Assembly: GCA_016748015.1 (NCBI GenBank)
Contig: JAAOMT010000213.1
Location: 278,485-342,484 of the forward strand
From: Geosiphon pyriformis uo1
Lineage: Eukaryota > Fungi > Glomeromycota
DNA length: 64,000 nucleotides
Reading direction: 5' to 3'
Below are positions 42,346 through 56,100 of the stretch, in pieces. The notes beneath the pieces are model-generated. The model saw only the letters and a program-made list of their open reading frames with translations. It had not been told where the DNA came from and did no database searches. Within the stretch, counting starts at the first letter, position 1. The number at the start of each line of letters is the position of its first letter. A program made the translations under genes and the position numbers.

Positions 42346-43283
42346 ATGCTTATGAACCGACTTTTACCCCTTAAAGTTCTCCGACAAAGTAACTTTATAC
42401 ACTCAATTTCTTTGGTTTGAGATTTTTACAACTCTAATCAATTTTGAACATATGTTCAGATGTTTTATCCCAAGCTCTGTCCAAAAATGGACCAGTTATC
42501 ACTCTATTAGTCAGGTATATTATCAACTTTTTTCCAAGGAGAGCTGTGTTTGGATTCCACGAAAAGTTTTTACACTTTCAAAAGAAAATTCCGTTATAAA
42601 TTCTAAATTCGTTCAATTCAAATATTTAATTTACTCTGACTAAATATTTCCATTAATTATGCTGGCTTGGTCAGAAAGAAAACCATTTCCTCCACCATGG
42701 GAATTATTCCTGACGAACACCAAAAATTACTTAATGCACAACGTGGCGCCCGTCCCCTGAGCCCATGGAATATATATAAACCACAACTCACATCTATATT
42801 ATCATTAGGACATCGTGTAACTGGCGCTGGATTGGCTACCAGTAAGTCTTTTTCAGAAGGATTTGCTTTGTAAATAAAAACTTTACTTATACCTTTGTAA
42901 ATAAATTATATATCAGTTCTCTATGCCAGCGCCCTTGCCTATACTACCGGTCCTTTATTCGGTTTTTCCTGGGATACCGATACCGTTGTGGCTGCGATAA
43001 CCACGCTCCCGCCTGGGGCCAAATTTGCGGGCAAATTTACTCTGGGATTTGCAGCTTCATATCACACTTTCAACGGGATTAGACATCTGGTACATGACTT
43101 AATCCAAATATTTGATATTACGTGAACCAAGTTATTTGATTATATTAACCCAATTAACTTGCTTTATTCACCGAACAGATTTGGGACACTGGCCTAAGTT
43201 TAACCATCAAAGGTGTCTACACAACCGGCTGGACTGTTTTGACTCTTTCAACTATTTCTAGTCTTTATTTGGCCCTACTTTAA
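42346..43283 (+). CDS. SDH3: Succinate dehydrogenase cytochrome b560 subunit (SDHC); 5 exons
   Basis: Mitochondrial presequence, then LNAQRGARPLSP..IYKPQLT..S..HRVTG, KF.....SYHTFNGIRHL|IWDTG..LTIKGVYTTG. Confidence 0.93.
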
Positions 43284-43422
43284 ATTAAATTATTCTTGGT
43301 TTGTTAAGAATATTAATTATAGACCAATGAGAAATCAATAGATTAGAAAAAATATTGTAAGGGTGATAATCAATTAGACAAGGTAGAGTGATGAAATTCT
43401 ACAAAGGATATGTAAATAAATG

Positions 43423-45452
43423 CTAAGTTTTGACACACGCCCAAAAAGCACTCTCGTACACGTATTTCAACATTCCATTGGGATTCGATGTGTAACTTGT
43501 TTGAATCATCGATTCCTTCTAACAAAGACATGAGCCAGAAAATTTAATGTAAAATCTGATAAAAAACCTGTACAAATCCTCCAAATACTTACCAAAAACT
43601 CAAACCCTATCTTTTTGATCACTTGCTTGACCTGATCTAAACTTAGCTCGATCGACATCTCATTGGGCATATTTTCGTAATGATATAATAGCGGACCTAG
43701 GGAAAAAATATTCACAAGAAAATTTACATATTCTCAAAGTTTTGAAATCTCATGAAGGGGAGGAATAGAGGACGATAAAAAACGTTATAGAAAGAGTTCT
43801 TGATGAAACAGAGTAATATATTATTTTTTTTCATACCAATATTTATCCATAAGCCTCCAGGCTTGAGAATACGATGAAAAATCTCAATATACTCCAATAT
43901 ATTCTTGGCCGTATCTATAAAGAAACAGGTTATCACACAATCCCATTTCCCTTGGAGAAAAATACAAATGGAACTTATTATTTAGATGAGAATTTACAAG
44001 AAAATAATGAGTTCCAATCTTACCAATTTGATCAACTTCACCATATACTTCCACAAAATCCCCAGCCACCATTGAAAAATCTGACGTTGAAGGTAAGTCA
44101 CTAGGTAACACGTCAGGAATATAAATTGGTCGAAGTTGATCTTCAGAAGACTGAATATTGGAAAAGGAATGAATATAAGGGTATATCTCATATTGATGAA
44201 TGCGTTCTACTCTGCAAAATTCAAACGTTTAGAATATAAGGGAATAAGTTCATTACTCAGGAATTCCAATTTGGCGGATGATCTAATGAATAAAGTTATT
44301 TAACGAACCTATTTAAGATGAAGTGCGAGGCCAAAAGCTAAAGGTGAAAGCAATGACCCAGTTGGAAAATCAATGTTTTACTTCGTTTCAAAAGCGTTGA
44401 TAGGAATAATTTTCTCACCATATAGAATGAAAATTCATTTCCTAAAAAGATAACAATCTTTAAAGTTTGATTAATCCATCAATAATAAAAATAAATAATC
44501 TTGAAAAATATCTACCTTGGCAGCTATAACCTGTTTTAAATATATTATTAGTAAATACATTATTTAGTGATCTTGTCTTGAGAGGACAATAAATTCAGAA
44601 GATAGTACCTTTTTTTGCAATATCAAAAGCTAATCGACCAAGTCCAGCTCCTGGAACCAAGACACGGATGAATGATCTGAAATAATGAGTCTTCATAAAT
44701 ATGACTAAAGAATATCAAATTCATTCAGGTTTGACTCTTGAATTTGGACATCATTTATCAAAATACCTCTCTGGCTCTGAAATATCTTTATAAAATTCAT
44801 CGAGGCTCTCGATTAGAGGCTGATAGGTAGTATCACGCTCTATTCGGCCCTGTGTTTAAGATTTTTAAATAGTTTAAAATGCTAAAATTGAAAATAATTA
44901 ATTCTGAGATCTAGTCTTACTTCTATTGCCCAGTCTCTGACAAATTGTTTGATGGTACTGCGTAATTTATCCATATCAAAATCTGTTATTTGTGAAAGGG
45001 CTCCATCATTATTATCATCTCCATAAAGCAATTCGGAATTTTCCTGTGTCGATATAGAAAAAAATAAATTTTATAAATTATAAATTTAAGATTTGACGCG
45101 TTCTACATACATTGTCTTCTTTTTCCACAAATAACCGACCATCAGCTAAGATTGTCTTCAAAATGGTATAATTTGTCGAAATCGCTTGATCTATTTTGTT
45201 TATCTTTTCCAAATAATCAATCAAAAGAATTTTATGGTGTTCAGGAAGAGCGTAATAATCAATCCGGCGACGATTATTGGAAGAAAATGCGTATGATTTA
45301 TATAATGCGAAGGTCCTGAGAACTTTTTGAAAGTGCTTAGAAATTCACAGTTAGTCGAAGAAAATCAACAAACATAGCAAGAATCAATTATACAGTACCA
45401 AATCTTCTTCCTTTACTTGTTCCTTGTCAGAAGTGGACTCAGTCAGAAACAT
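43423..45452 (-). CDS. CARNMT1: Carnosine N-methyltransferase (N2227-like), multi-exon including microexons
   Basis: [70 protein letters not shown]|PLLYH and SIELSL. Confidence 0.94.
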
Positions 45453-45579
45453 TATAACTGTTGCAAACCTCAATAAGGGCTATCAAGGAAAATAGCGTAT
45501 TTTGCAGTCAAAAATTATTGATATTCTAGAGAATCACGTGATAATTTGTCACCTGCATCACATGAATAATGCTGAACAT

Positions 45580-46370
45580 TTATCATTATTAAGTATTTTG
45601 TTAAAAACCAAAAATTTCGAAAATAAATTTTTTTTTATTTTTAATTAATTTGACTTTAATATAATTTAAACATTAAACATTAAAATATGCTTTATTATAT
45701 ACTTTTTTTTGGCAATCAACAAAGTTTTGCATTATTTAAATATAAAATTATAAATATTTTAATTAATTTTAATTTTTTAATTTTTTATTTAAAATTCTAT
45801 ATTATAATAAAAAAAAGATTTTTCTTATTAATCTTTTAACTATAAAAAGAACAAAAAAACTAAAAAAAATATTCTAATATTTTTTCCTAGTTTTTTTTAA
45901 GCTATTTTTTTCAATATGTTTTTGTTTATAAAATAAAAATTTTTGCTGTTAATATAATTAAAAAAAATAAAAAAGAATTTATTATAATATTAAAAAATAT
46001 ATTTTTAAGTATATTTTTAGTAAAACAAACAAAAAAGCCAAGAAATTTAATAAAGTTTTTAAATTTAAGTTTTAAAACAGTAAATTTGGTAGTTTTTATA
46101 CTAATATTAATAAAATATTAAATATTAAAAAACATAAAAAAATGCTATTAAAAAACTAGTTTTATTAAACAAAAAATATAAATATTTTTAAAATTATGAA
46201 TATAATTTTTTAAAATACTTATATTAAGTTTTTTTTATTAAAAAAACCTATTAAGTAATTTAATTTTAATATTATAAGTAATAATTATTTTTTTATTTTT
46301 TTATTTTTTAAATAAAAAAAAAGTCTTATTTTTGTGTTAATAAAATTAAGTTTAAGTTAGTAAAATTTTC

Positions 46371-46403
<33 letters not shown>

Positions 46404-46670
46404 AATAAGATTTAATTATTATTTAATATAATATAATATCTAAATATTTTAAATTAAATACAATTTATGTGTTTTTTATATATAATTAATTATTTAAGTC
46501 AAAATACTAATTAAACTAAATTAAAAAAAGCTGAAAAAAACTTAATTTATAAACTTTAACAATAAAATTATTTAAATTTTAATTATTAAAAATAATCTAG
46601 TTTTTTTAATATTATATTTAATATACATATTTATTAAATATTTAATAATTAAATTACTTAAAAAAAACTT
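45580..46670. other. Extremely AT-rich tract upstream of CARNMT1, including (ATT)n near 46372-46400
   Basis: Near-pure A/T sequence with no ORFs. Confidence 0.85.
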
Positions 46671-46673
46671 ACT

Positions 46674-46704
46674 CTAGATAGCGATTGGGCCACACTCGTT
46701 AAAT
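46674..46704 (+). repeat. Orphan copy of the LINE 3'-terminal 31-mer, followed by an A-rich tail
   Basis: ctagatagcgattgggccacactcgttaaat is 29/31 identical to the LINE-A 3' end (reverse complement of 13808-13838). Confidence 0.85.
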
Positions 46705-46828
46705 CGAAATAAAAAAAAATAAAAAAACTTCAATAATACTTAAATTTTTATTATTTATATTATTTAGTTTTAAGACAAGTTTTTAAATAAATTAGTTAAA
46801 ATTCTTAATAATATACTTTAGGAAAAAA

Positions 46829-49800
46829 CTTTTTTTTTCTTGTTGATCCCCTAACCATGATAAAAGCATTTGTATTGCCGAAGATTTAGCTTTTCTTTTT
46901 CTTTTTCTCCCTTGTTACCTGGAATTATTTCTTCTGACATAACCAATTTTGTTGTAATGAAACCAGTAGGCTTTTCTGCTAATGGTTCTGGTTCTGGTTC
47001 AACTGGATTGGAATTTCAGTCTGTTGCTAAAAAGAAAGCACATGTTGAAAGTGTCTATACGCAAGACCCCTCATACAAAAAATCAAAAAAACCTGATATT
47101 ACTGGCATTATAGTGGATTTGTTGGCTGGACCTCTTTCTAGCCATGTTTTGCAAACAGACTGTAATAAATACAAGGTGTCTTAGGACAGTAAGATGGAAA
47201 GTAAGAATACCAGTATTAATAAGGTGTCTGACATTAAGAACATGGGCAACATGGTAGCTGAAAAGACAAGTTACATAGACTCTAATGCTTCTAAAACTGA
47301 TAATATGATAGATGATACAACTTCTAAGAAAATGCAAACAAAAACCTACATGTTGGGACAGCCACCAAAAAAACCATCTTTTAAAAACTTGAGTGATGAT
47401 GATGCTGAGTTGGTACTTTTTGATTCTAAATTTGCTGGATCTAATTGGCTATCATTAACCAAATCACATGCTTTGAAGAGACATAGCTTTGAACCAGTTA
47501 AATCTTTTGTATTGAACATGGATTTGGCTGCTGTGTCTGGAATAACTAATAATGATAAATTAATTTCTGTTAAAAATTTTTTTTATAAAATTGATGGTTT
47601 TGGGAGGCTTCCACTCCCTTAAAGTTTCCTGGGATCATTAGATCTTCCTTTACATTTGAATTGAGTCTAAAGAAGACTAGAAAATTGGCAATCTATAAAA
47701 AAATTGTGGTAAATGATGATGTTAGACAGATAAACAAACACACGAATTGGAAAGTGATAGTCAAGGAAATTCCAGTCAATCTTCTCAAATTGGCTGTGGA
47801 GTCAGTTTTTTCCAAGTTTGATAAGGTGGTTTCTATTAGAATGTAATTGATTGGGCTTTGGCAGAAGATTTTGGTTGAGTTTAAGTCAGCAGATATTGCC
47901 AGTTTGGTTACATCTAAATGGTCAGTTTTCATGAAAAAAGATTTGGTGCATGTGGTTTTAGTAGTAGATGATAAAGTTTCATGGATATTAAGAGACCAGT
48001 ATCAAGCTTTGCTTTACACTCTTCCTGTTGGTACTACTGCTCATGATTTGTCAGGTTTATTGAAATCATATGGTAAAAAAACTTGTTTTATTAGTCACAA
48101 TCCGAATTCATATGTTTGTGACAGATGTGCAGTGGTTTGTTTTGAGAATGAGGCATCCAAATTGGCTGCTATTGGTTTTGTTCTAGTTTATAAGGATGTA
48201 AATTTGCACTGGACTGGTCTTTTTCTGGCTTGTTGCACCAAGTATAAACAATTGGGTCATATCTCTACAGTGTGTTCATTGGGTGGAAATTCTGGTGTTC
48301 ATGGTAAACAGGTGGTAACCCCTCAGGATCAGGTCCATTTGGCCAACATATATAAGAAAAAACAGATGCCAATTGTTCATTCAGCTTCTTTCAATGGAAA
48401 AACTTGGGCACAGATTGCTAGCAGTTCTCTTTTTTATGTGGTTTCATTGGGTTTTTTTGGTACTGGTTCATTTTCAAGTGCTAAACCTGTCTTGTTAGTT
48501 TCTAACTCCCTTGGTGATTCCTGTTTGGTTGATCAATTGGTTTCTTTAGAATGCTCATTGGAGCTTTTGATGGACCAGGTTTTAGCTATTATAAAAAAAT
48601 TGAGCTTTGTGGAATTGGTGCCTTTGGCATTCAAATCTCATGTCTCTCCTCCAGTTGTCCTTGTGCCTGTAGTGTTTAATTTGAACTCAGAAATGGCTCT
48701 AAATAATACATTGGTGTCTCCTCCTCCCTCACTTTCAGTTGTTGTTACAGACTCAGTTGCTGATCTCAGTTCAAATAGTTCTAGAGTTTTGACTACTAAG
48801 GTGGGTGGATTAGAATCCAAAATAGTGGCTTTAGAGATGTCAGTTAAATCTGTTTTGGAAAGATTGGATCATTTGTGCTCTGGTTTGAGATAGTTTACTT
48901 TTTTTTTTCTCCAATGAGTAATTTTGTTTGGAAATTTGCGACGTGTAATGTTCATGGTATCAATATTCTCGCCAAGCAGGAGGACATTATCTGTTGGCAT
49001 AAAGATTCTGGAAATTTGGTTTCAATAATTACTGAGACAAAGCTGAGGTCTAGTTGTAGGTTCTGAATTAAGGATAAGTTTGATAGAGTCAAAGTTTTTT
49101 CATCTGAGTTGGATAAGAAGTTTTTTGGTGCTGACATTGTAATCATTATAAATACTTCTCTGGCTTATCATGTTTGTAAGGTTTCTGAGGTGTCTGGTTG
49201 GCTTCTTTTAGTTAAGCTGTTGTTCAAAAATAAACTTTCTATGTCAATTTTGGGGCTCTACACTAGAGCATCTCTGGCTGTTCATTTCTTTTAGACTAAT
49301 GATGTCAATTCTGTAATAGCAAAGGCAGTTAATAAATTTTCATTTGTGGTTTTGGATGGTAACTTCAATAAAGATGGTTTCTGAAGATGTGCTAGTTTCA
49401 AGAAGTGTCTAAATCTTGGTTTGGTCAATTCTTTGGGTGAAAGTTTTCTTGTTAAAATGCCTACATGAGCTAACTCTTGGGGTGTGGGTAAAACTATCAA
49501 TTTCTTGTTTGTTTTCACAAACTTGGTCAATGCTGTGGTGGATCATATAGTGTCTGATATTGGTAAATTTTTTGATATTGATCATCGAACTATTTTTGTG
49601 TCAATGGGTTTGGGTGGACTTTTGGATATGCAGTTAAACTCTCTTCATAAGCAGGCTAATAAGAATCATTGGAAGTTTGATTTCAAAGATGCTGATGACA
49701 ATAGGTGAGAAATTTTTAAAAATACCACATTGGCCTATGCTGAGATGTTTTCTGACAAATTTGCTGCCATTATCAAGTTCTCAGATCTGGATGTCATGTG

Positions 49801-52328
49801 GAATGTTTTACACAGAATAATGGCTCTTTCTGCAAATGAGATATTTAGAAAGAAATAGTTCAAAGATTTTGATAGTGTTTTTATCAAAGTTTCTTCAAAG
49901 TTTCATAAATTGGAGCTTTTGGTTTCGAAAATTGTCAAGGCCTCTTGTGAAGACAATGTTGGTAGTTTTGTCTCTTTTATAAAGTGCTGGGACTCTTTGG
50001 ACAGTATCAAAGCCTCAGTTGTTCAGGACCTTATTAACTCTAATGCAACCTCTAGTTGTGTTCATTTTGCTCTCTCTGGCATGAAAAAGTTTTATTATGT
50101 GTTCAAGCTTGCTAAATCTTTAGCAACTAAGGAAGTGAACATTAGAACTGCTATAAATAAGAGAATAGAAAGCTTCAAGATGAATAAAGGTCATACTATC
50201 AGAAGTGTTTTGGAGCATCTTTTTAGCAAAGTGGTTCTGAACCATCTGGTTGTTAAAAATGAGCTTATTTTGGAGCCTGATTCAGTTAAATCTAAGGTGG
50301 ATGTTATTATGAAAGGTTAGACCAAGAAGCATGGTGTGGTTGTTAATGTCTCTAATGTTTGGTCTCGTCAATATCGGCTGTTAAATTATGTTTTTGATGA
50401 AGCTTTTTCTGGTGTAATGCATTTAGTTAAGCTTAATAAGTTGCTTGATGTGATTTCCAATCTGTCTAATGGCAAAACTGCTAATTTCTCAGGTATCACA
50501 AACGAGCTTTGGAAACATTGTGACAAGTCAATTTTGGTTATGCTTTTGGCACTTTTGAATCTTTGTCTATCTTGTGAATCAGTGCTTGGATCTTGGACAG
50601 AAGCTTGGGTCTCGATGATTCTTAAACCATATGAGTGAGAGGGTGTTCTCACGAATACCCACCCTATTGCTTTGATTGAGACGGCTTGAATGATCCTTTC
50701 CAAAATTCTCTTTGATAGGATTTCTCTGGCATGCAGCACTTTCAATGTTCTTTGTGAGGACAATTTTTTGGTTTTGAAGGATATGATGACTCAGTCTCCT
50801 ATTTTTGCAGTTGGATCTGTGGTTGAAGATGCATTAAAAAAGAGTTGGGAGCTCTGGCTGGTTTTGCAGAATATGCGGAAAGCATACAATTCAGTCGGCT
50901 GAGAACATTTCAAGAAAAGTTTGATCAGGATCAAGATGTGCAGCAGGTTTATTCAATTTTTCGGTGGTATTTATAAGAATTGTACCAACAAGGTAATGAC
51001 AAACTTTGGGTTGACAGATAATTATTATGTGCATAATAGTTTGGACCAAGGGAAAGTCTTTTCTCCTTTTCTGTGACATATATTTTACAATCCTCTGCTA
51101 TACAAAGTCAAGAGACAGAAAAGCATGTGTGGTTATAGGTTAAGTTCCCATTTTATTTCAAAAAATGGTTGTGCTGAGCCCCAGGCTGGAATCTCTTCCT
51201 TTCTTGCTGCTGGCACTTTTGTTGATAATACTATTTGGGTTGGTAGTAGTCAGGCAGCTACTCAATATATTCTTAACATTGCAAGTGAGTTTTTTTGGAT
51301 AAATGATATTTCTATCATTAACAACAAAACAGTGGCCATCCCTATCAATAGCAGAATCAATGCCTCTTCTCTTTTTATTAGTGGCTTACTGATCTCCATT
51401 GCCAAAAAAGATAAATTTCATCAATACTTGGGTATTTTTTTCTCTACTGAAGGTTTCTCAAAGCCTAGTTTAGCAAAGACAAATTCAAATATTCATTTTT
51501 TTACCAATCTGGTTCTGAAAAAAGCTGTCTCAGATAAACAGTTCTTATATTTGGTATTAGCAGTCTTTTATCCTATAGTTAGTTATAGAACACAGTTCAG
51601 TTTTGTCTCCATTAGTATGTGCAACAAGTGGGATGCTTTGATTCATAAGGGCTTGAAGTTTAAATTCAGTTTACCTCTCAACTTCCTTAGTGATACAATT
51701 CACCACCCTTCCTTCTATGGTTTGAAATCTTTCTTTCAAGTTCAGTCTGAAAGCAAGATGGCTTTTCTTGTTAGTTTTGCAAACTCAGATGGCATCTTGG
51801 GTCATTTGTTCTTTCACAGGTCTTATGACTTGCAAGTTTTAAGCTGGCACCCTGTTTATTCATTGAGTTCTCCTGTGCATATTCGTGTTAGTGCTTCTAA
51901 TAATTTTCTGGCAGGCATGATTCACATTCTTTTTGATTGCAATTTGTCTCTGGATGACTCTTTGGCCAATCCTTTTCGGTGTCATGGTGGGATCCCTATG
52001 TTTGCTGTTCCGGATGAGTCACAGTTTTTTAGGTTTTTCCCTTCTCTCTGATGGTATGGTATTATTTTTGTGGATCAACTTCATGATTGTTATGGTTCTG
52101 TCTTTGATTGGCACACTTTTAAGCATTGAAAAAAATTAGACCTTCATGGTCTGGTTCCTAAGTGGTTCAAGCTTTCTGTTGCATTTTTCAATAGTGGAGG
52201 TCTTTCTCCTATTCATCCCTCAGTTTTGAATGGTGTTGGTTCTTTGAACATTCTTGAATCCAGTGATTTTGTTTATGTCTGTAATTGTCTCTCACAAGTT
52301 GGTGCTAACAGTTTGTTGGTGTATACAG
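46829..52328 (+). mobile_element. LINE-C: degenerate LINE, cut at the RNase H motif by gypsy G2
   Basis: 5' motif ttgttgatcccctaacc; ORF1 pieces 46870-48893; ORF2 from MSNFVWKFATCNV with RT FVDNTIW. Ends at LLVYT, just before the expected DGS. Confidence 0.93.
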
Positions 52329-53147
52329 TATTACAGGTAATTATTTCTGTTGTTGAATTGAATAACAAATCTGTAACTTGGTGTTCAATTGATATAATGT
52401 TGTTGGTAATATCTGAAGGTATTGTTATCTAAAGGTTTTGGTTGAGTCCTTTGTATAATGGACAGAGATTCAATAGGATCGATAATAGATATATCTTTTC
52501 AAGAGTTTTCCCAATTTTTTTCTCAGCATGGTGGCTGAATTTAGTCTGGCAGTCGTGCCCTTCTGATAAGCTATCTGATAATATATAAAATCCTATTCTT
52601 ATTTCTGGGTCTTTTACCAGGCTATCCTTGACGTCAATACCTCAGCGCTTAATCCTTTTTAATCAATTAGTATACAACAACAAAATCAAAGAAAGAAAGA
52701 AAATAAAATAAAGAAAATAAAGAAAATAAGCCAAGGCAATTTGATATGTTAGTATCTTGTCAATAGTCATGATCAAGAGCTATTGTTTCAGCATGGTTAA
52801 GTATCAATTACTATCAACATGAAGTGTTGATAGTGAAGAGTGGATTAAGATATGGAATAATTATTTATTTGATGATTTTGTTTCTTGGCTAAAGATTCTG
52901 TGGTATTGATTCTGTCTTTTCTGTTTTTAACACTACTGCTATATATACAGAATTGGGATTCCTTAATTTCTTGATTCTTCATGACAGAAATCCTGGAATT
53001 CCTGGAATCTTGCAATTCCTTTGAGAGGAATTCTGGAATTCTGGAATCCTGCAATTCCTGAGAGAAATCCTGGAATTCCACATTTACTACGCTTACTTCT
53101 GATTGGCTAATTATGCTAATATATTTACTATATTTCTATGAGTAACA
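52329..53147 (-). repeat. G2 3' LTR (819 bp) with a GGAATTCC-type tandem block
   Basis: Shares R/U5-side sequence with the G1 LTRs; tandem repeats at about 52988-53080. Confidence 0.9.
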
Positions 53148-56100
53148 TTATTTCCTCCTTTTAATATTGAGCTCCATTGAAATCTAACTCATGTAATTTT
53201 CCCTCTTGCAGTATTTCTTGGATTTCGTTTTCGAGAATTACTTGTGTTATTTGGGTCCGTAATTCTTCAAATTGAGCATTGGTGATTTTTCCCAATTGAT
53301 TACTGGTAACCATATCCATTGCTTTGTTGAGCAATATTTCTGGTTTATCCTGAAATGCTGTGTGTATTTGGTATATGACTCAGGCTTGTGTGGATAAGTT
53401 GTTCTTTTCCACAAAATGTTCTAATTGTTGTAGTATTCTTTTGTCGAATAATTGCTTTGTTTTATCTGTATATAGATTCTGGATATTTACGTGTTGTCCC
53501 AAGTAAAAATAACAATAGTTTTGTGGAAATTGTTGTATCCACTAATTCCAAGTTTCTTTAGTCAACTCTTAATATAGTGACTTTTTTGTTGATTCTTTTA
53601 TTGCTAATTTTACTTTTGCCATGATTTTGTCCACAGTATTTTCAGTTTTCTTCTGTGTTCTGAATTGAAATATCTTTCTAGTATCTTGATATCAAATGGT
53701 TTGTTGATTGATTGTAATCTCTATTTCCTGGTGTTGGATTAATTGAAAGAGTTGTTGTGCTAGTGAGTAAATATTGTCTGTAATTTCCATTTTTCTGATA
53801 TTTCCTGTTGCATTTACCATGTCTTTATATATTTTTTTGATGGATCAATTTGTTGTTGATAATAATGATTGGTTCCAGATCTTGTGAAATCTCATCTGGT
53901 TGGACTAGTATTTTTTGTACTCCTAATTGTGGAATATTACTGGTTGATGGTAGTGTAATATTGTAATATGGTTTCAGTTGATCTCCATGTGCTGCTTTGG
54001 TTAAAATTTTGTTATCCAATCTTAATTTGTAAGCTCCATTTCCTAGAATTTCTTTTATGTGAAATGGTCTGTTCTATTTGGGGTCAAATTTTCCACTCCA
54101 TTGTTTTTTTGCTTTGGTACGATGTAGTAATACTTTGTCTCCGATCTTGAATTCAACTGGTTTGTCTGGTAGTTGACTATTGTGTCTTTCTTTCTGTGTT
54201 TCTTGTGACTTTTGAATATTATTAGCTGCTCTTCTTCGTTTGTTTTCCAATGTTTCCATTAAGTCATATGTTCTTCTCAGCAATGTTTTTTGAAAATTTT
54301 CTTCTGTTATTGGTTCAGCTGGATATGTATTAATTTCTCTCTTTACTGGTAACATTGCTATTCTCCCATATACTAATTCAAATAGTGTTGCTTGTGTAGT
54401 ATCTTGTTTCATTGTTCGATATGCAAATAGTACTGATGGTATGAACAAATCCCAATTGTTCTGGTTTTCTTGGCTGAGCTTGGCTATTGCTTCACACAAT
54501 GTTCTGTTGAATCTTTCTACTAATCTGTTGGTTTGTGGATGGTATGGTGATGATAATGGTCTCTTGATTCCGAATCTTTGGCTCAATTCTGTTAATGTTC
54601 TGTTCACAAAATGAGTTTCTTGGTCTGATAATAATTCTTTTGGACATCTATGTCAACAAATCAAATCCTAATAAACGAATTCGGCAACGGATTCTGCATC
54701 CACTCTTTGAATTGCTTTCGTCTCTGGCCATTTAGTGAGATAGTTCATAGCTACTGTTATGTATCTGTTTCCTCTGCTGGTGATTGTTAATGGTCCGACT
54801 AAATCAATTTCCATATGGTCAAATGGTTGTTCTACTTTGATTGGTCTTAATGGTTTACTGAGTTTTGTACCTCCTCTTTACTGACAAGCATCACAATTTT
54901 GAACATATTGGATGATGTCTGGATACATTGATGGCCAATAGTATCTTTTTCTGGTTCTTTCCATAGTTGCTTCTTTGTGAAAGTGTCCTGCTGTTGGATT
55001 TGAGTACATGTTGAATAATATTGTCTCTTTTTCTGGCTCCATAATTACTCTGGTTGGTTAATCTGGATCTCTTCTATTTTTCCGATAAAGTATATTTTGG
55101 TGAGTGATAAAATATTTTGATTGTTGTTTGATACTCCTTCATTCTGTTTGAGATAAATTCTCCTTGAACTGTTGAGTGTTTAGATAATGTTGCAATTGTT
55201 GATATTTTTGTATGTTCATCTTTTGTTGTATTTTTCTGTTGGTATTGTTCTGGTTTTATTATATTTTTGGGTTGAAATGTTTTTAGATTTGTCTTATTTG
55301 TGATAAACTGTCAGCATTTCCATTGTCTTTTTCTTTTTTGTAATGTATAGTATAATTGTATGGTGCAAGTACCATTTTCCATCTTGACTGTCTTCTATCT
55401 CCAAATTCTTGTTTTTAAAGTGATGTTAATCCCTTGTGATCTGTGTATACTTCAAACTTCTGGCTCAAGTATTCTTTTCATTTCATGATGACCCAGTATA
55501 TTGCTAAGTGTTCTTGTTCCGGTGTTCCATAGTTCTTTTTGGCTGGTGTTAAACCTCTGCTGGCATATGCTATTGGATGTTCTCTGCCATCTGGTCTTCT
55601 CTAAGATAATACTGCTCCCAATGCTTGGCCGGATGCATTGGTGGTGATGATGAATGGTTTGCTGTAATCTGAATAGATTAGTACTGGAGCTTGGATGAGC
55701 TTTTTCTTCAGAATATCAAAAGCTTCTTATTGACTTTCTGTCTATTCATATTTTGCATTTTTGTTTTGCAGTTGATTGAGTGGCTGTGCTATTTTGGAAA
55801 AGTTCTTGATAAAATGACGATAGTAGCTGGCGAATCCCAAGAATGATTTCAGTTCTGTTATATTGATCAGCACTGGAAAGTTTTTTACTATCTCTATTTT
55901 CTCTGGATCTGTTTTGATGCCATCTTTGCTGACTATGTGTCCCAAGAATTTGAGTTCTGTCTTGCCAAAGAAGCACTTTGTTGTATTTAACTTTAGTCCT
56001 GCTCTTCTTAGTCTTTCGAACACTTGTTGAAGATGATAAAGATAATCATCAAATGTCTTTGAGAATACATTGGTGTCGTCCAAGTATACAACTACTGATT

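Noticed and set aside
52845-53081. 78-aa repetitive ORF in the G2 LTR, or a CRISPR-like array
   Set aside because: Translation of short tandem U3 repeats; no unique spacers, and the context is eukaryotic.
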